A stretch of 63,480 nt of DNA, the filler included, from Phoronis australis (lineage: Eukaryota > Animalia > Phoronida): assembly GCA_002633005.1 (NCBI GenBank). It is 11 parts of 11 records of this genome, joined end to end, with 100 filler letters (N's around TTAATTAATTAA, not from the genome) between each part and the next. Parts side by side here need not be neighbours in the genome. Positions count along the whole stretch, not along the records: positions 46,807 to 53,456 come from NMRA01000883.1; positions 53,557 to 57,629 come from NMRA01002715.1; positions 57,730 to 60,136 come from NMRA01002483.1; 8 more parts are not named here. One strand, written 5' to 3'. The notes below the pieces were generated by a model. It did not search any database. It had not been told where the DNA came from and saw only the letters and a list, made by a program, of their open reading frames with translations. Both the position numbers and the translations under genes were made by a program. How positions within the stretch are numbered: position 1 is the stretch's first letter; each line of letters begins with the position of its first letter. This document shows positions 47,123 through 59,600 of the stretch, in pieces.

Positions 47123-48756
47123 AAACAAGAGCAACGCAGAGCGTTGAAATGCGCCCAAGAATACACCACAAATGGTGTGCATTTAGGGTTATTTATTTGT
47201 ATCACAAAAATGGCCACTAGATGGCGTAAAAACGTACAATCTATCCAAAAACAGGAACATGCCATATATCATAAAAATCTATAAAGGAACTTCAGAGAAA
47301 CAAAGGAAAACAGAATAACATGAAATTGCCACTTGTGGGCACAGCGTCTGTTGGATCCGCCTGAAAGTCGTCGTCTGTTGTTATCTTCATATAAATACAC
47401 TCATTAAATTTAATAAAGATCCTGAAAGGGGTTTATGAGATATAGCTATGGGCGCAAAACAACACATAAACTACTTCTAGGAGGCGCAATACTAGTCAGT
47501 TGCCATCATCAAACGTCCTCTTCGCACTGAAAGCATATACGCCATTTTTTAAAAACTCTCCCTTGAATGATTTCGTTGATAGAGGGGTGGACGCCAAAAA
47601 CAAGATTTGAAAACAGCAAAAATGGCCACTACCTCAATTCCATCCAAAAACATAGATGCCTATGTTCACAACTTGATGAAAATCTGTTGAGGACCTTTGA
47701 AGATACAGACTGGTAAGCGTAAAAAACTAAAATTGCTACTAGGGGGCACACCAGCAGTCAGATCTGTCCGAAGGTTGTTGTCGTCCGTTGTCAACATCAT
47801 ATAAATACACTCGCTAAATTAAGTAAAGATCCTGCAAACGGTTTATGAGATAGTCATGAGCGCAAAAAAACAAAAGTGCCACTAGGAAGCGCCACAGTCG
47901 TCAGAAAATCATCGTCAGCCGTCCGCTTCATACATGTAGTAAAAACATACATGCCAATTTTCACAATTTTCCTGGAAGCGGTTTCGTTGATAGATGACTG
48001 GACGCCAAAAACTGACTCGAAAACAGTAAAAATGGCCACTAGATGGCGCAAACTAGGTCGAATCCATCTGAAAACGGAGAGATAGCGTCACTTAATTAAC
48101 AGATGCATGTATGACAAATTTTATGAAAATACGTTAAGGACGTTTTAACACACAGAGGTAAACGTAAAAAAATAAAATTGCCTGTAGGTGGCACACCAGT
48201 AGTCAGATGCGTCCGAAAGTCGTTTGTCTTCCGTCGTCAACATCACATAAATACACTTACTAAATTTATTAAAGATCCTGCGCACGGTTTAGGACATGCA
48301 GCTATAGGCGCAAAAAACTGCCACTAGGAGGCGCCTTAGTAGTTGAAGTCGTCGGAAAATCATCGTCTTACATACCAATTTTCACAATCATCCTTTGAGC
48401 GGTTTGGTTGATAGAGGGGTGGACGCAAAAAAACAAACTCGAAAACCCAAAAACATGGCCACTAGGTGACGCAAACTACGTCGAATCCATCTGAAAACGG
48501 AGGGTTAGCCACATCTCACTGATAGGTGCCTATGTACCGATTTTCATGAAAATCCATTCAGGACTTTTGAAGTTACAGAGGTAAACGTAAAAAACTAAAA
48601 TTGCCACTAGGGGGCACACCAATAGTCGGATCCGCCTGAAAGTTCCCTCATATACGTCCAGGCAATTTGGAGCGGACGCCGGACGCCGGACTTCGAACGG
48701 ATGGACGGAGATGACGGCATAATCAGACCACATATAAATGCGTTTGCACATAAAAA
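47123..48756 (+). mobile_element. Helentron-associated non-autonomous element (HINE/DINE-1-like) with an internal tandem array
   Basis: Starts AAACAAGAGCAACGCAGAGCGTTG; internal ~140-bp monomers in a ~420-bp higher-order repeat; (GGAC)-type microsatellite; ends GCACATAAAAA; no TSD; related copies at 53221 and 56126-57430. Confidence 0.8.
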
Positions 48757-51398
48757 CTGCAATCAGGTTTGAAAGAAGTTAATCCCTCGAAACAATGAAC
48801 CCATATGATCTGAATTGAAAACTACAAGTGAGAACAATTGTGTGCGGAAGGTATGAAATTACGGAATTCATGGCTCCGAAAGTTTACAAGTCGACAAATA
48901 AATAAATCCAACGATCAACACAAGTCTGAAACAATATTAATTGTTTTACTATCAGTTTGATAGGACTATTTTTAGAAACGTTTTTATTTGCCTGATAGGG
49001 TATTCAATGTTACACAACTTACCTTCAGGCTTGCGAACCTTAGGAGTATCGAGCTCCATCTTATTTATACTAATGCACTGTGACTTGCACGCTACTTTAA
49101 ATTTCCTTCATAGTTTTAGTCTTCGGTTACTAATTTTCAGTCTTTCATGCTTCTTCTTCCGTCTTGGTTATCCGTGAGTCGGATCGTATCGTTGTGGCGT
49201 GGGCAAGGTACATGTAAGTAGATAAACGAAAACGTTCATTATTAAAATTTACAAACAATCGATGAAAAAACTATTGTTTTCAATGTGCCATTCGGAAACT
49301 AATTCAAAAATCCTCATCCCTACAACAGTAGTAATCGATCAAGAGAACCACTGCACAGCTCCAATTGATCTTGGCATTTGGAGAGGAATTCAAGTAACTC
49401 CACTCAGCATGCATTTTGTGACCTTGAACGTCGTTTGGATTTATTCATGCTGTATTTCTTGATATGTTAGGAATGGTGTTAATACGTTAGTGCAATTGTT
49501 AGTCGGGATTAAAAAGAGTGTTAACGTCAACTCGAATGTACCAGCAAGACAAGTAACAAACGCTTAGTGCAAGCAAATGGTAATAGCTATGATGGATGGA
49601 GAGCTTTATCTATTCGAAGTACCTGTGCGTCATCGCAACCCAAACACAAATAATTGAGTACAACCCAATTATCTGGACACCATACATCTGTCACAGGTGA
49701 GTAACTGTAACTGTGTCAGCCAGACAAAAATGTTATCAATAACGAAAGTTACACACCTCTATCGCCCTTCATGTATCGGGTAAGACAGGATCTCATGGTG
49801 CACGCCTTCAGGTATGAGGCAAGTCCTGGGATTTTTTACCTTTCCGACTCTGGTGTCATTTTGTGTTGGTTGTTCAGCGACATCTTGGCCGGGTGCACTG
49901 CCAGTTGTGGCAAGGTCCTCTATGACCATAGAAAAAACGTCAACATTTCTCTAATTTTGAAGCTTCAAAATCGTGTACATTTCCCCAGTTTTGAAGTTTC
50001 ATATTTCCGAAATAGCTGTCCAGATTTATGTAGAACTTCCAAATCCAAGGACTTAAACACCGCTTACCAAACGAATTCAAAATAAAATCTTGATATTTTA
50101 GAACATTATTAGTTTTTTGACATTACGTCTTGGAATATTTTCATCAAATGAAATTCGAATGAATATCGACACCGTTGTTTTGCTATTACTGTGCTTTTCT
50201 TCTTCGCTAAATTTTACTTAAGGGAAATATTCTTGCGAGGCAATCATTATGAATATCAGACAAGTAAAAACCGAAATTTCAAATTTTACTTGGGTTTCTA
50301 GTTTCCGATAATATAAACATTTAAGGAGTTAAAATATTTAATTTTGTAAAAGATTTAGCTAAAATCGCATACTTGGCAATAAAGTCCAATCAACCTTCGA
50401 GGGCGATTTTAACATACATGAGCCGAGGTGAGTGTATTTCATATTGGGAAGTATACATTGAAAGAAATTTGGTTAGGAAAGTAAAACGATGCCCCAAAAA
50501 TCTTGTAACCGAAGTGTAAAACATTTTAAATGCTTTTTTCTCATGAAAGTTGAACGGTAACACACTTTTCAACTCTGCTGTCAGTCATATTAGTGGCACT
50601 GCAGGAACTTTTTGATGCACTGTGACGCGTGGTGACGTCGTGGTCCTGTATGGTCCCGTAAGGATGATAAACCTTATATTGATGATGTCAACCAATCCAC
50701 TTTCTGTCAACTGCTTTGCATCTTTAGTGTCAGTCTTCCAAAATAAAAGCAGGAACCAACTGAAAAACAATATATTTCCTATCTCATAAATTGCACGTTG
50801 TGGTCCTTGACGGGTGGCCTTTTTTAAAGGTGCTGTGTGACTTGCTAAAAGCGTAGGTCACACTTGTCCTTTTAGCAGAAATTGTTAGAAGTTTTCAAAA
50901 TTTCCTCCAGACTTTTGAGGGTTGGCGATAAGTTAAAAAGCATTATTTTGTTTCAGAGAACTGGATGGGGAAAGTCGTTTTTAGTATGTGTAAGTAGGGC
51001 AAAACCCAGTTTGGTATCCTTTTAATGATAAACAAAGCCCAGCTATTTAACAAATGACAAAGTCGCTCCAATAAAATACAGCAATTAAGACTAAATATAG
51101 TTCACTTCCGAGAAGGAATATAATGCAGGCGACCCGAACTGAGAGCCTATAGTGCACATGTAATTCATATTGACAAGATCTCTCAGTTATACAATTACCA
51201 ACGTAATTTTTGACAGACTGCTCTGAAACCAGTTGTGAAACCGTGTACTTGAATAAAGACGTATTCCTGAAGCAGATTTTTCACTTCGCTTTTCCAAATA
51301 AAACAAATGATTGATCAATTTTTGATGGCTCAAATGAGTACACACATGTATTCAAAACCGGTAACTGCCAGGATACTGATTTACAGCTGAACGGCACC

Positions 51399-51484
51399 AT
51401 GTCTTTGGCGCTGGTGTCATTCGTGTTAGTGGTCCTTCTGCCCTCTTGGTACACTGTAACTGCTCGCGACGTCAGGTGCCGTGG
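51399..51484 (+). CDS. Candidate signal-peptide exon of an unidentified secreted protein
   Basis: Acceptor tttacag at 51386, Kozak GGCACCATG, MSLALVSFVLVVLLPSWYTVTARDVRCRG, donor gtaaat. Downstream exons not established. Confidence 0.45.
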
Positions 51485-53170
51485 GTAAATGGTACACTAG
51501 TCAGCCGAAGTCCACTAGTTCGACGACTTGCCAAGTCGCTAAAATTGCACAATAAGAAGTGATCAACCTTATATGACCTGAATTGAAAACTTCAAGTAAG
51601 AAAGAATGTGTACGGAATTTATATGAAATTAAGGTATTCATGGGTCGCAAGGTTTGCAAGTCTAAAAATCCATAAATCTGAAGACTTATCCACACAATTA
51701 CGAAAACCCACCGAAGGTTGTAAATTTAAACTTTCATGACACTAGATTCCGAACAGTGATTTCGAGCAAAACGTTCAGGGATTTATTTGCACACGGCTGC
51801 TTGAAACTAGTTCTTCGAAGAGCCTGTGCCTCTCAAAACGGGATCCAAACATGAAGTTGGGCGAATCACTGAGTTGGTGTAGTTATTTACATGTTCAAAG
51901 TATGGTTTATCGCCGCCAAAATTTTGCTGCTTGGCTGTCGTTAACTTTGAATCGCTGGTTTTTGGCATCATAGACCTTCGGACTAGTTTCAAACTAACTA
52001 GTTTTTTTCTTTCTGTCGGATTAGTGAACCTTCGGTCTTATAATGCCTTTTTCATCATTTGTGGTATTATGAGACTTCGAACTTGTGAACCTTTGGAATA
52101 TCGAGCTGTACCCTATTTATACTAATACAGTATGACACGCAAGCAACGTCAGATTACATATACCCGCTGTTAGATTAATTTTCGTCTTCAACCATTCTTC
52201 CGTCTTGGTTATCCGTGGGTCGCAGCTTGTCGTTTATGTATGGGTATGGCGTGCAAATAGACAAAAACGTGCAGTAATGAAATTTACAGACAAGCTGCAA
52301 ACCACCTATTGTTTTCAAGTTGACACTTCGAGATTAATTTGTAAATCTACAAAGGCAGTTATCGATCACGGGAACCATTGTTCTGATCCATATGTTGGGG
52401 GTCATCCTGATGTGTTCCCGTTTTATGCATATCCGGATTCTACATATGTACGTGTCCCGGGCTCGGTATGACCAGTTTTTATTGCATCGGAAGGAGTTCC
52501 ATGTGTCCTGGTCTTGTAGCTGTGATTGTCTTCCTGCAGGGAATGTCCTGGCTGCATGTATATGAATGCCGGTGTACTGGCACTTTAATCAGTTGATTAG
52601 CCGGATGCTTCATTCAAATACACGCAAGCCGGACAATTTCTCCAGGGGGACAATGGCTACTTTCACACCGAGTTCTATGTGTCATTGGTCAGTGCTCGAT
52701 GAGCCAAGAAAATTAACAAGTTCGCCTTTTGCGACCTAGCCGAAATCTCGAAAACTAAAGGCACATTTTCAAGAAGAGAGCTACCGTTCCAAAATTCTAG
52801 GGGTCAGTGCTTTATCTGACAACGACCAGAATCCAATGGAACTAAGGAGAATGCATAAAAATAACACGTAACTTTTTTACTTGTTGATCTTATTCCCTAA
52901 ATCAGGCACCTGACAACTGTCATGTGGGCCCAAATGGCAAGCGTTGCTGAAACTTGCACACTCGTCCGCGTAGCGTCTGGACTATTACCCAAAAACCCGG
53001 ACAGATAGGATCCGGAGTCCATAAAACGGGACGCATGTTAGGGCCCTAGTTAGTATATTATTACAATTGTTAGTCGGGATTAGAAAGAGCGTTAACTTCA
53101 GCAAGTCAAGTAACAAACGTCTAGTGCAAGCTAATGATAATACATTTGATAGATGGATAGATATATCCAT

Positions 53171-53171
<1 letters not shown>

Positions 53172-53222
<51 letters not shown>
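53172..53222. repeat. (AAT)n microsatellite abutting a HINE 5' end
   Basis: About 17 AAT units directly before AACAAGAGCAACGCAGAGCG. Confidence 0.95.
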
Positions 53223-53225
<3 letters not shown>

Positions 53226-53456
53226 GAGCAACGCAGAGCGTTGAAATGCGCCCACAATTGCACCGTATACGGTATCCTTCTAGGGTTGTTTATTGGTACC
53301 ATAAAGTGGCCAGTAAAGGGCATATATGTAGTATGTTGTACTTTGCAAAATGGAAAGGCATGTTCATTGTCTCCTCAATAGGCTAGGGGCAAAATGTGAG
53401 TGATCTTCATAATACAAGCACATCCTATACATCAGTTGCTTAAAGCACCACAGAAA
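53221..53456 (+). mobile_element. HINE-like element 5' end, truncated by the spacer
   Basis: First 34 nt are identical to 47124-47157. Confidence 0.75.
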
Positions 53457-54262
53457 NNNNNNNNNNNNNNNNNNNNNNNNNNNNNNNNNNNNNNNNNNNN
53501 TTAATTAATTAANNNNNNNNNNNNNNNNNNNNNNNNNNNNNNNNNNNNNNNNNNNNAATTCCCCCATCGGCTGGGCTTAAGCTGAATTCATCACCAGAGC
53601 AAAAATGAAGGGGACTTAACAGAGATGTTAGTAACTGAGGTAGCCAAGTCCTTTTGTAAGTAGAATTTTGCCACCCTGATTATCAGTACCCCAGTTCACC
53701 CGTCATCTTTTCTGTTTTCAGAATTAGCCTTCATGATGGGTAGCGGTATTTTGTCTGATTACTTTTGTCTTGAACTGTATTTGGTGCTGCGTCCTCTATG
53801 ACCTGTTTGCTCATTCCGTCTACTGTACCCAGCCACTGATTTACTATGTTTCAAGTTTAACTTATGCAGAGATGATTGCGGATGTTGTGTATCAGAAGGA
53901 TGAGCCTCTTTAGACCCATGTGACATTTGGTTGGCAATGTGTTCTATGTCTCCTACTCATAAATTGCTCTTACTATGACATCATTTCCAGATAGCGCACC
54001 TTGGAGGTGTTTAATGTATGTGAATTGTCCATTTGTCTCACTTTACAGTTGGCTGCTAGACAAGGCTGAGCACGTGAAGAAATGTTTACACCAGGCCTAT
54101 GACAATTTTATAGCAAATTGCTCTAATCCTTTGTCTGTCTTGTAATACGTAGTAGTGGTGACTGGTCAGGATTTTAGGAGTGTGTGGATGAAATATGCTT
54201 TCATGATGTTCCAAGATTGGACTCTTGTATAAAGTTCAGAAAATGTTGGATAATGCCTTTAA

Positions 54263-55592
54263 AGGAGAATGCCACCCAGAAAACAACCTTTTTTTGTATC
54301 AGTTTAGATGGAGTAGTTCCACTCGATAACAGCAAGTTCAGTTGTTTTACCTGACACCTAACTGCAGATGGAGGTGTTGAAATTAACCAATGACGTAATC
54401 GGTTCGAATGCAGTCTGTTCAGCCGTTCACAACAAGCTTACTGGTGTCAACTTATCGCTTGAATTCATCGTTTTACACCAATAAATCATCAAAATTCAAT
54501 GTAAACCCCTTACAAATACATCGAGTTCTTGAACAAACGTGTTGTTTTATTTTACTGTTACGGATTATAGGTATTTGAACGTACTGTAGCCTACAGAGTT
54601 CTCCTGTAGGCCAATTTACCATGGTCAGTCGTGGGATTTTGGGTCTGTTTGGTGATAAATTCGAACCATTCTTCTGTGAAATGGCTGTATTTGTATATCC
54701 AAACAGATTCCCTAACATGTGACCATAGAATATAACATCAAGTTATTGTTTCACAACAGCTTTCTTGTCAGCAAACACTGAATTAGCATGCGCTCACATG
54801 GCCTCGGTGCCCGGTCAATTACCTTTATAATTATTGCATCGAAAGCCGGTACGCAGTGGTTTAGTCATTGCTGGCTTCTCAAAAGATTTGCACTCTCGAA
54901 TACTCCAAAGGCATTACAAGTTGTATCTAACAAGACAGACTTTGTTTCAGTTTGATACAAGCATGGGTTAGGGTGAGAATAATTCACTTTGAAACAGAAC
55001 GCAGAATAATAGCGTCTACTTGGCCACTCAGTCGGCACCAATCCGGACTTAGTCGAGAGCTCATCTGACGAAGACTCCACGGGTCGGATCATTAGGTTTC
55101 ACAGGCTATCAGTTCGAACCGGAATACACTGATCAAGAAATACTAGAGAGGCGCTGTGAACATGCACAGGAATCTGAATGTAAGGATAGTTCTTTGGTAA
55201 GCCGGAATTCATCAGAGAAATCACTCTCAACGAAATGCCGGCCACAGACACGATGTTTCATGGCCTCATACTTGCTTTTAACAGACGTGTATTTTTCGTT
55301 CTTCACTACCGTGAGCCACTTCCTAAGCATTTCAGGCTCTCGAGGAAGTCGAAAACACAATGTACCTGCTTTCTTCGCAGCTCCATAGTTGGGACAAGCG
55401 GGAACGTTGCACAGCAATATAGCGACATTCACTCTGCAGATGAACCACTGACGTCGCTGTGTCATTTCTCACCTTCCTCACAGGTTAACGCGACACCTCA
55501 CGGCAAGATGAGGTCAACTGTATAAGAGGCGATGTGGATATAGGCCGATTAAGGTGGTACAAAAGACTAATTAAATCGGGTGGCATTCTCCT
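54263..55592 (-). mobile_element. Internally deleted Kolobok-type DNA transposon with a THAP-domain relic, in a VPS51 intron
   Basis: TTAA|AGGAGAATGCCACCC ... GGGTGGCATTCTCCT|TTAA (15-bp perfect TIR, TTAA TSD). Minus-strand THAP CNVPAC...FRLP...W...RVCGRHF (55133-55465); plus-strand relic GYQFEPEYTDQEILER. Confidence 0.85.
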
Positions 55593-55901
55593 TTAACAGA
55601 TCTGGGATGTGTTCACTTTGAGTAACTTTTCCATGACTATGCAAAGTGGTGCTATTGTTTGATTAAAAGGAAACTTGGATTGGTAGACAACTGAGCATTT
55701 AGGTCATGTAGTAGCCATGCAAAGTGAGAAAGTAGTCTCTTACATGTCACCTGTTGGTTTCGTATATTATGTGTTCTTTCACTGTATCAGTTTATTGATT
55801 TATAGTAGCATAGTACAGGGAACATTGTACTAAGCATTCCCACAATAATTTTGCATATGTTACTTTTTGTTAATAACTTATAATCTATATTTTTGCCGCA
55901 G

Positions 55902-56042
55902 CTGATCTTAACAGACGAACAGTTCATGGTTGAGGACAAGTCATCTCTCACTCCTATCTCAACGCTTTGCGCCGAGGCAAAAGACACAGCCCAACAACTG
56001 TTGGATCATTATGTGAGGGTGCAAGGACTGACCATATCACAG
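55902..56042 (+). CDS. VPS51: VPS51 (GARP/EARP subunit, Ang2/fat-free) internal exon
   Basis: Acceptor ttttgccgcag, donor gtaata, phase 0-0; [47 protein letters not shown] closely matches VPS51 LTLTDEQF...TPVSTLCAEA..TA..LL.HYV.VQGL.ISQ. Confidence 0.92.
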
Positions 56043-56125
56043 GTAATAGTGCTGGGGATCTCACTTAAGTGTCAAGACTTATTGAAGATATTAGCTTTGA
56101 CGAGAGTGTTGAAACAACAAAATCG

Positions 56126-57430
56126 TTTTTTATGTGCCCACATATTTATTGGTCGCATATTGCCGTCATCTCTGTCTGGGCATCCGTCGTCTGTCGTCCG
56201 ACATCCGCAGCTATATCTCCTAAACCCCTCACAGGATCTTGATGAGATTTTGCAGATGTGTTCCTTTGAAGCTGATGACAGATGACGGCGAATTTCGGAC
56301 CTCTCCGACTACCGGTGAACCCCCTAGTGACATTTTTTTTTTTACACTTACCTCTGTATCCTTGGAGGTTCTTTCATGGACTTTTATAAAATTTGCCAGT
56401 TAGGCATCTATTATTGAGATGATGCCATCCTCCCATTTTCGGACGGATTCGAGGTATTTTGCACCACCTGGTGGCCATTTTTACTGTTTTTTGGTGTCCG
56501 CCCTTCTATCAAACAAACCATTCTAAGGATGATAGTGAAAATTGGCAAATATGTTCCTAATGTGAAGAGGAGGGCTCACGATGATTTTCCGATGACCTTG
56601 ACAGCTGTGGCGCCTCCTAGTGACATTTTTTACGCTCATGGCTGTAACTCCTAAACCCTCTGCAGGATCTTTATTAAAGTTGGCACGTGTATATAAACTT
56701 GACAATAAACGACTTTCAGATGGATCGGACTACTTTTGTGACCCCTTGTGGCAATTTTAGTTTTTTTTTTAATTTAACCTCTGGATTTTCATAAAATTTG
56801 GCAGATAGTGAGTTGACGCAATCCTCCGGATTTCGGTTTGGCTGTATCTCCTAAACCCTTTACAGGATCTTTACTAAATTTAGCAAGTGTATTTGTATGA
56901 GGTTGCAATGAACGACGACGACTTTTGGATGGATCTGACTACCGGTGTGCTTTCATCAACCAAACCATTCTAAGGATGATTTTGAAAATTGGCGTTTATG
57001 TTCTCATTGTGATGAGGACGGTTGACGATGACGACTGACTACTGTGGCGCCTACTTGTGACATTTTTGTTTTGTTTTGCGCATTTAACTGTATCTCCTAA
57101 AGCCATTGCAGAATCTGTGTTAAATTTAGTAAGAAGTGTATGTATGTGAAGTTACAGACGACGATTTTCAGACGGAGCCTGCGAACGCTGTGCCCCCTAG
57201 TGGCAATTTCATTTGTTCCATTTTTCTTTGTTTTTCTGAAGTTCCTTGACGATTTTTATTTGTTAAATAACTTTCTATTAAAGAGACGATGACATGTTCC
57301 CAATTTCGTATGGATTCGACATATTTTGCTTCATCTAGTGGCCATTTTTATGATACAAATAAACAACCCTAGAAGCACACCTTTTGTTGTGCATTCGTCA
57401 GCTCATTTCATTGCTCGTGTTGCTCTTGTT
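56126..57430 (-). mobile_element. Second near-complete HINE-like element, in a VPS51 intron
   Basis: TTTTTTATGTGC at the left and TTGCTCTTGTT at the right are reverse complements of the 47123-48756 ends; same internal monomers (CCCCTAGTGGCA, CATCTAGTGGCCA). Confidence 0.8.
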
Positions 57431-59149
57431 GTGATTGTATTACAAATCACCAATTATCTGCCAGTTATTTGCGTGTGATTTTACAAGTTAAAAACGCACA
57501 AAGCAGTGGTCATGAGCTGGACTGCAACCACGAGAATTGTGACCTCGATTCTGCACTAGGGCTAATCTCAGCCAACCACTTGCCGATAATGTAACGTGTG
57601 ATAAATGAGATATGAATTTTACTAAATGTNNNNNNNNNNNNNNNNNNNNNNNNNNNNNNNNNNNNNNNNNNNNTTAATTAATTAANNNNNNNNNNNNNNN
57701 NNNNNNNNNNNNNNNNNNNNNNNNNNNNNGTTGTCTGTAATCTATGACCTACTTTACTCCAGGAGTCCCACCAATTGTGACCTACTTTTCATTTGGCGAA
57801 ATTTAGCAGACGACAGAATAAAAATATCGGTAAATCTTCACTGATTTTATTCGAAAGATCATGAAATCTATGGAATCGTACAGGTAATTCGACTTTAAGG
57901 TAGATACCCAGCTTTACATGAACATATCGTATCAGTGGCCTTGTCATTTGTCAGGTGAAGGTGAACCCCGAGGGCGAGGGGTTCTTCGGATTTTCACTGG
58001 CTCCTCGAGCACTTATTTTTTTCATCGTAACCTTAACAAATTCCCATATCATGAACGTACGATTCTCTGTTGAAAAGCATCGCCTCTTGTCTCTGTCGAA
58101 GCGTCTTCAAATAGTGCAAAAACACTCATCGATTCCACCAGGATCTGTCGTTTAGCGACAGTGTATTTGCCTCTGACATCTCGTTCGATTGTCGGGTATC
58201 ACGTGACTTTTCGCATAGGGGCGGAGCTTATGATAGGTCAATTACAGACAGATTGGTCGCGTTGCACGAGCAAACTCACTCTATATTTAGGACTCGAATA
58301 TTACATTGTACATGTTGTCACATTCGTAAGAAGATTATACACTCCAAGACAACAAACGTACACAACACAGGGCTGAAAACGAATGGCCTCATTTGCCAGA
58401 ACTGTCAATCAACATGTTCCAAAACTCGAAGACATTTTGTGACGTACTCCATAGAAAAATAGTTTGGCAAAGATACAATTACGACTAGAAAGGAAAGCAG
58501 AAGAAGATGTCATAAGCAAAAACAGTACGTCCCTTCAGTGTTGTAGTGGTAAAATCGGCGACTCGAAACTCGGGTTCGAAACCGGCCTCGGTTTCCCGCC
58601 AAAATGTTATCTCACTACTGAGATAACTGAATGGGTTAGTGCACGGTTGTATTTGCCATTCGACGCTAATATTATGGTATAACACGCGTTATTATTTGCT
58701 AAGAAAGTAAATGACAAAAAGTGTGTAACACGTGTTAGCCTTTAAGTCAATATATGAATAGCCCTATCTGGTGTGTTAATCTTTCTTGAGTTTACTATTT
58801 GATGAGAATGTGAGTTGTGTTATTACGAAGCTCTGATCCAGGGCTTCATGATCGGACACTAATAAAGCCAACGTGAAGTTGGCTAGACGGCCCATCAAGC
58901 CGCCAAATTAATAATCCTGATCTTGAGCATGAGGAATGTTCGCTCACTCCAAACCTGAACTCCCGCCACCTTTAATCCGAGCAAGGAACAATGAAGGACC
59001 CGAGTTATGTAGCGCGGATAGTGGTCGAAATCATTGAGAGAGTGGGCCCGGTGCATTTGAAACTGCTAACGTAAAATTGAGTTAGAAAACAAGCTCAAAA
59101 GTTCTGTAAAGTAATAATTATCAGTCTTCTTACACGCTATACTAATATG

Positions 59150-59600
59150 TGGTCATATTACGTGACTTACAGTGTAGGCTATTATAAGTCTGAAAGGAAC
59201 TCTGTCCCGATCGGGAATCACGTGGTGTGACTTATAGATGACTTGTAAGAAGTCTACAACTAATTTATTAATGAATTCTTTAATTTATACCATATCAACG
59301 GCGCTGATTTATAACAGCACAATTTTATAAATGTATGTGCTCTCCTCAGTTTGTGTAAGTTGTCACCTGTAACTATGACTGGTTTTCTGCGGTAGGCCTA
59401 GGGTCTCAGGTAACATTGGACTATCCAGAGCGTCTTCAGGTGAAAAAGTCCCGAGTTCGTGGTCTGGTAGTAACAGAAATCTTTTCAGTTAACTGTATAG
59501 GTCACGTGATGTGACCAACATAGGACATGGTAAGAAGACTACTTATACCTTACTAACAGCTGATTTATAAAACAGCACAATTATAGGAATAATATCCTGT
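59150..59600. repeat. Degenerate tandem repeat (about 260-290 bp period)
   Basis: Recurrent TCACGTG(A/G)TGTGAC, TAAGAAG(T)(A)CTAC and GCTGATTTATAA(AA)CAGCACAATT blocks. Confidence 0.5.

Larger units (their letters stand above)
46807..53150 (-). pseudogene. Local tandem duplication carrying decayed Cys-rich exon relics (possible cystine-knot gene family)
   Basis: 46807-47075 resembles 49765-50045; 47077-47122 plus 48757-49350 resembles 51487-52380; 49493-49585 resembles 53064-53145. Relics RSRR..PRNCLFLEGVRHEMLSY, PRTCLIPEGVHHEILSY and ..WIRTMVPVIDNCLCRFTN*. Confidence 0.4.

Noticed and set aside
58555-58600. GGTTCGAAACC tRNA-like T-loop
   Set aside because: No acceptor stem, D-arm or anticodon arm can be formed.
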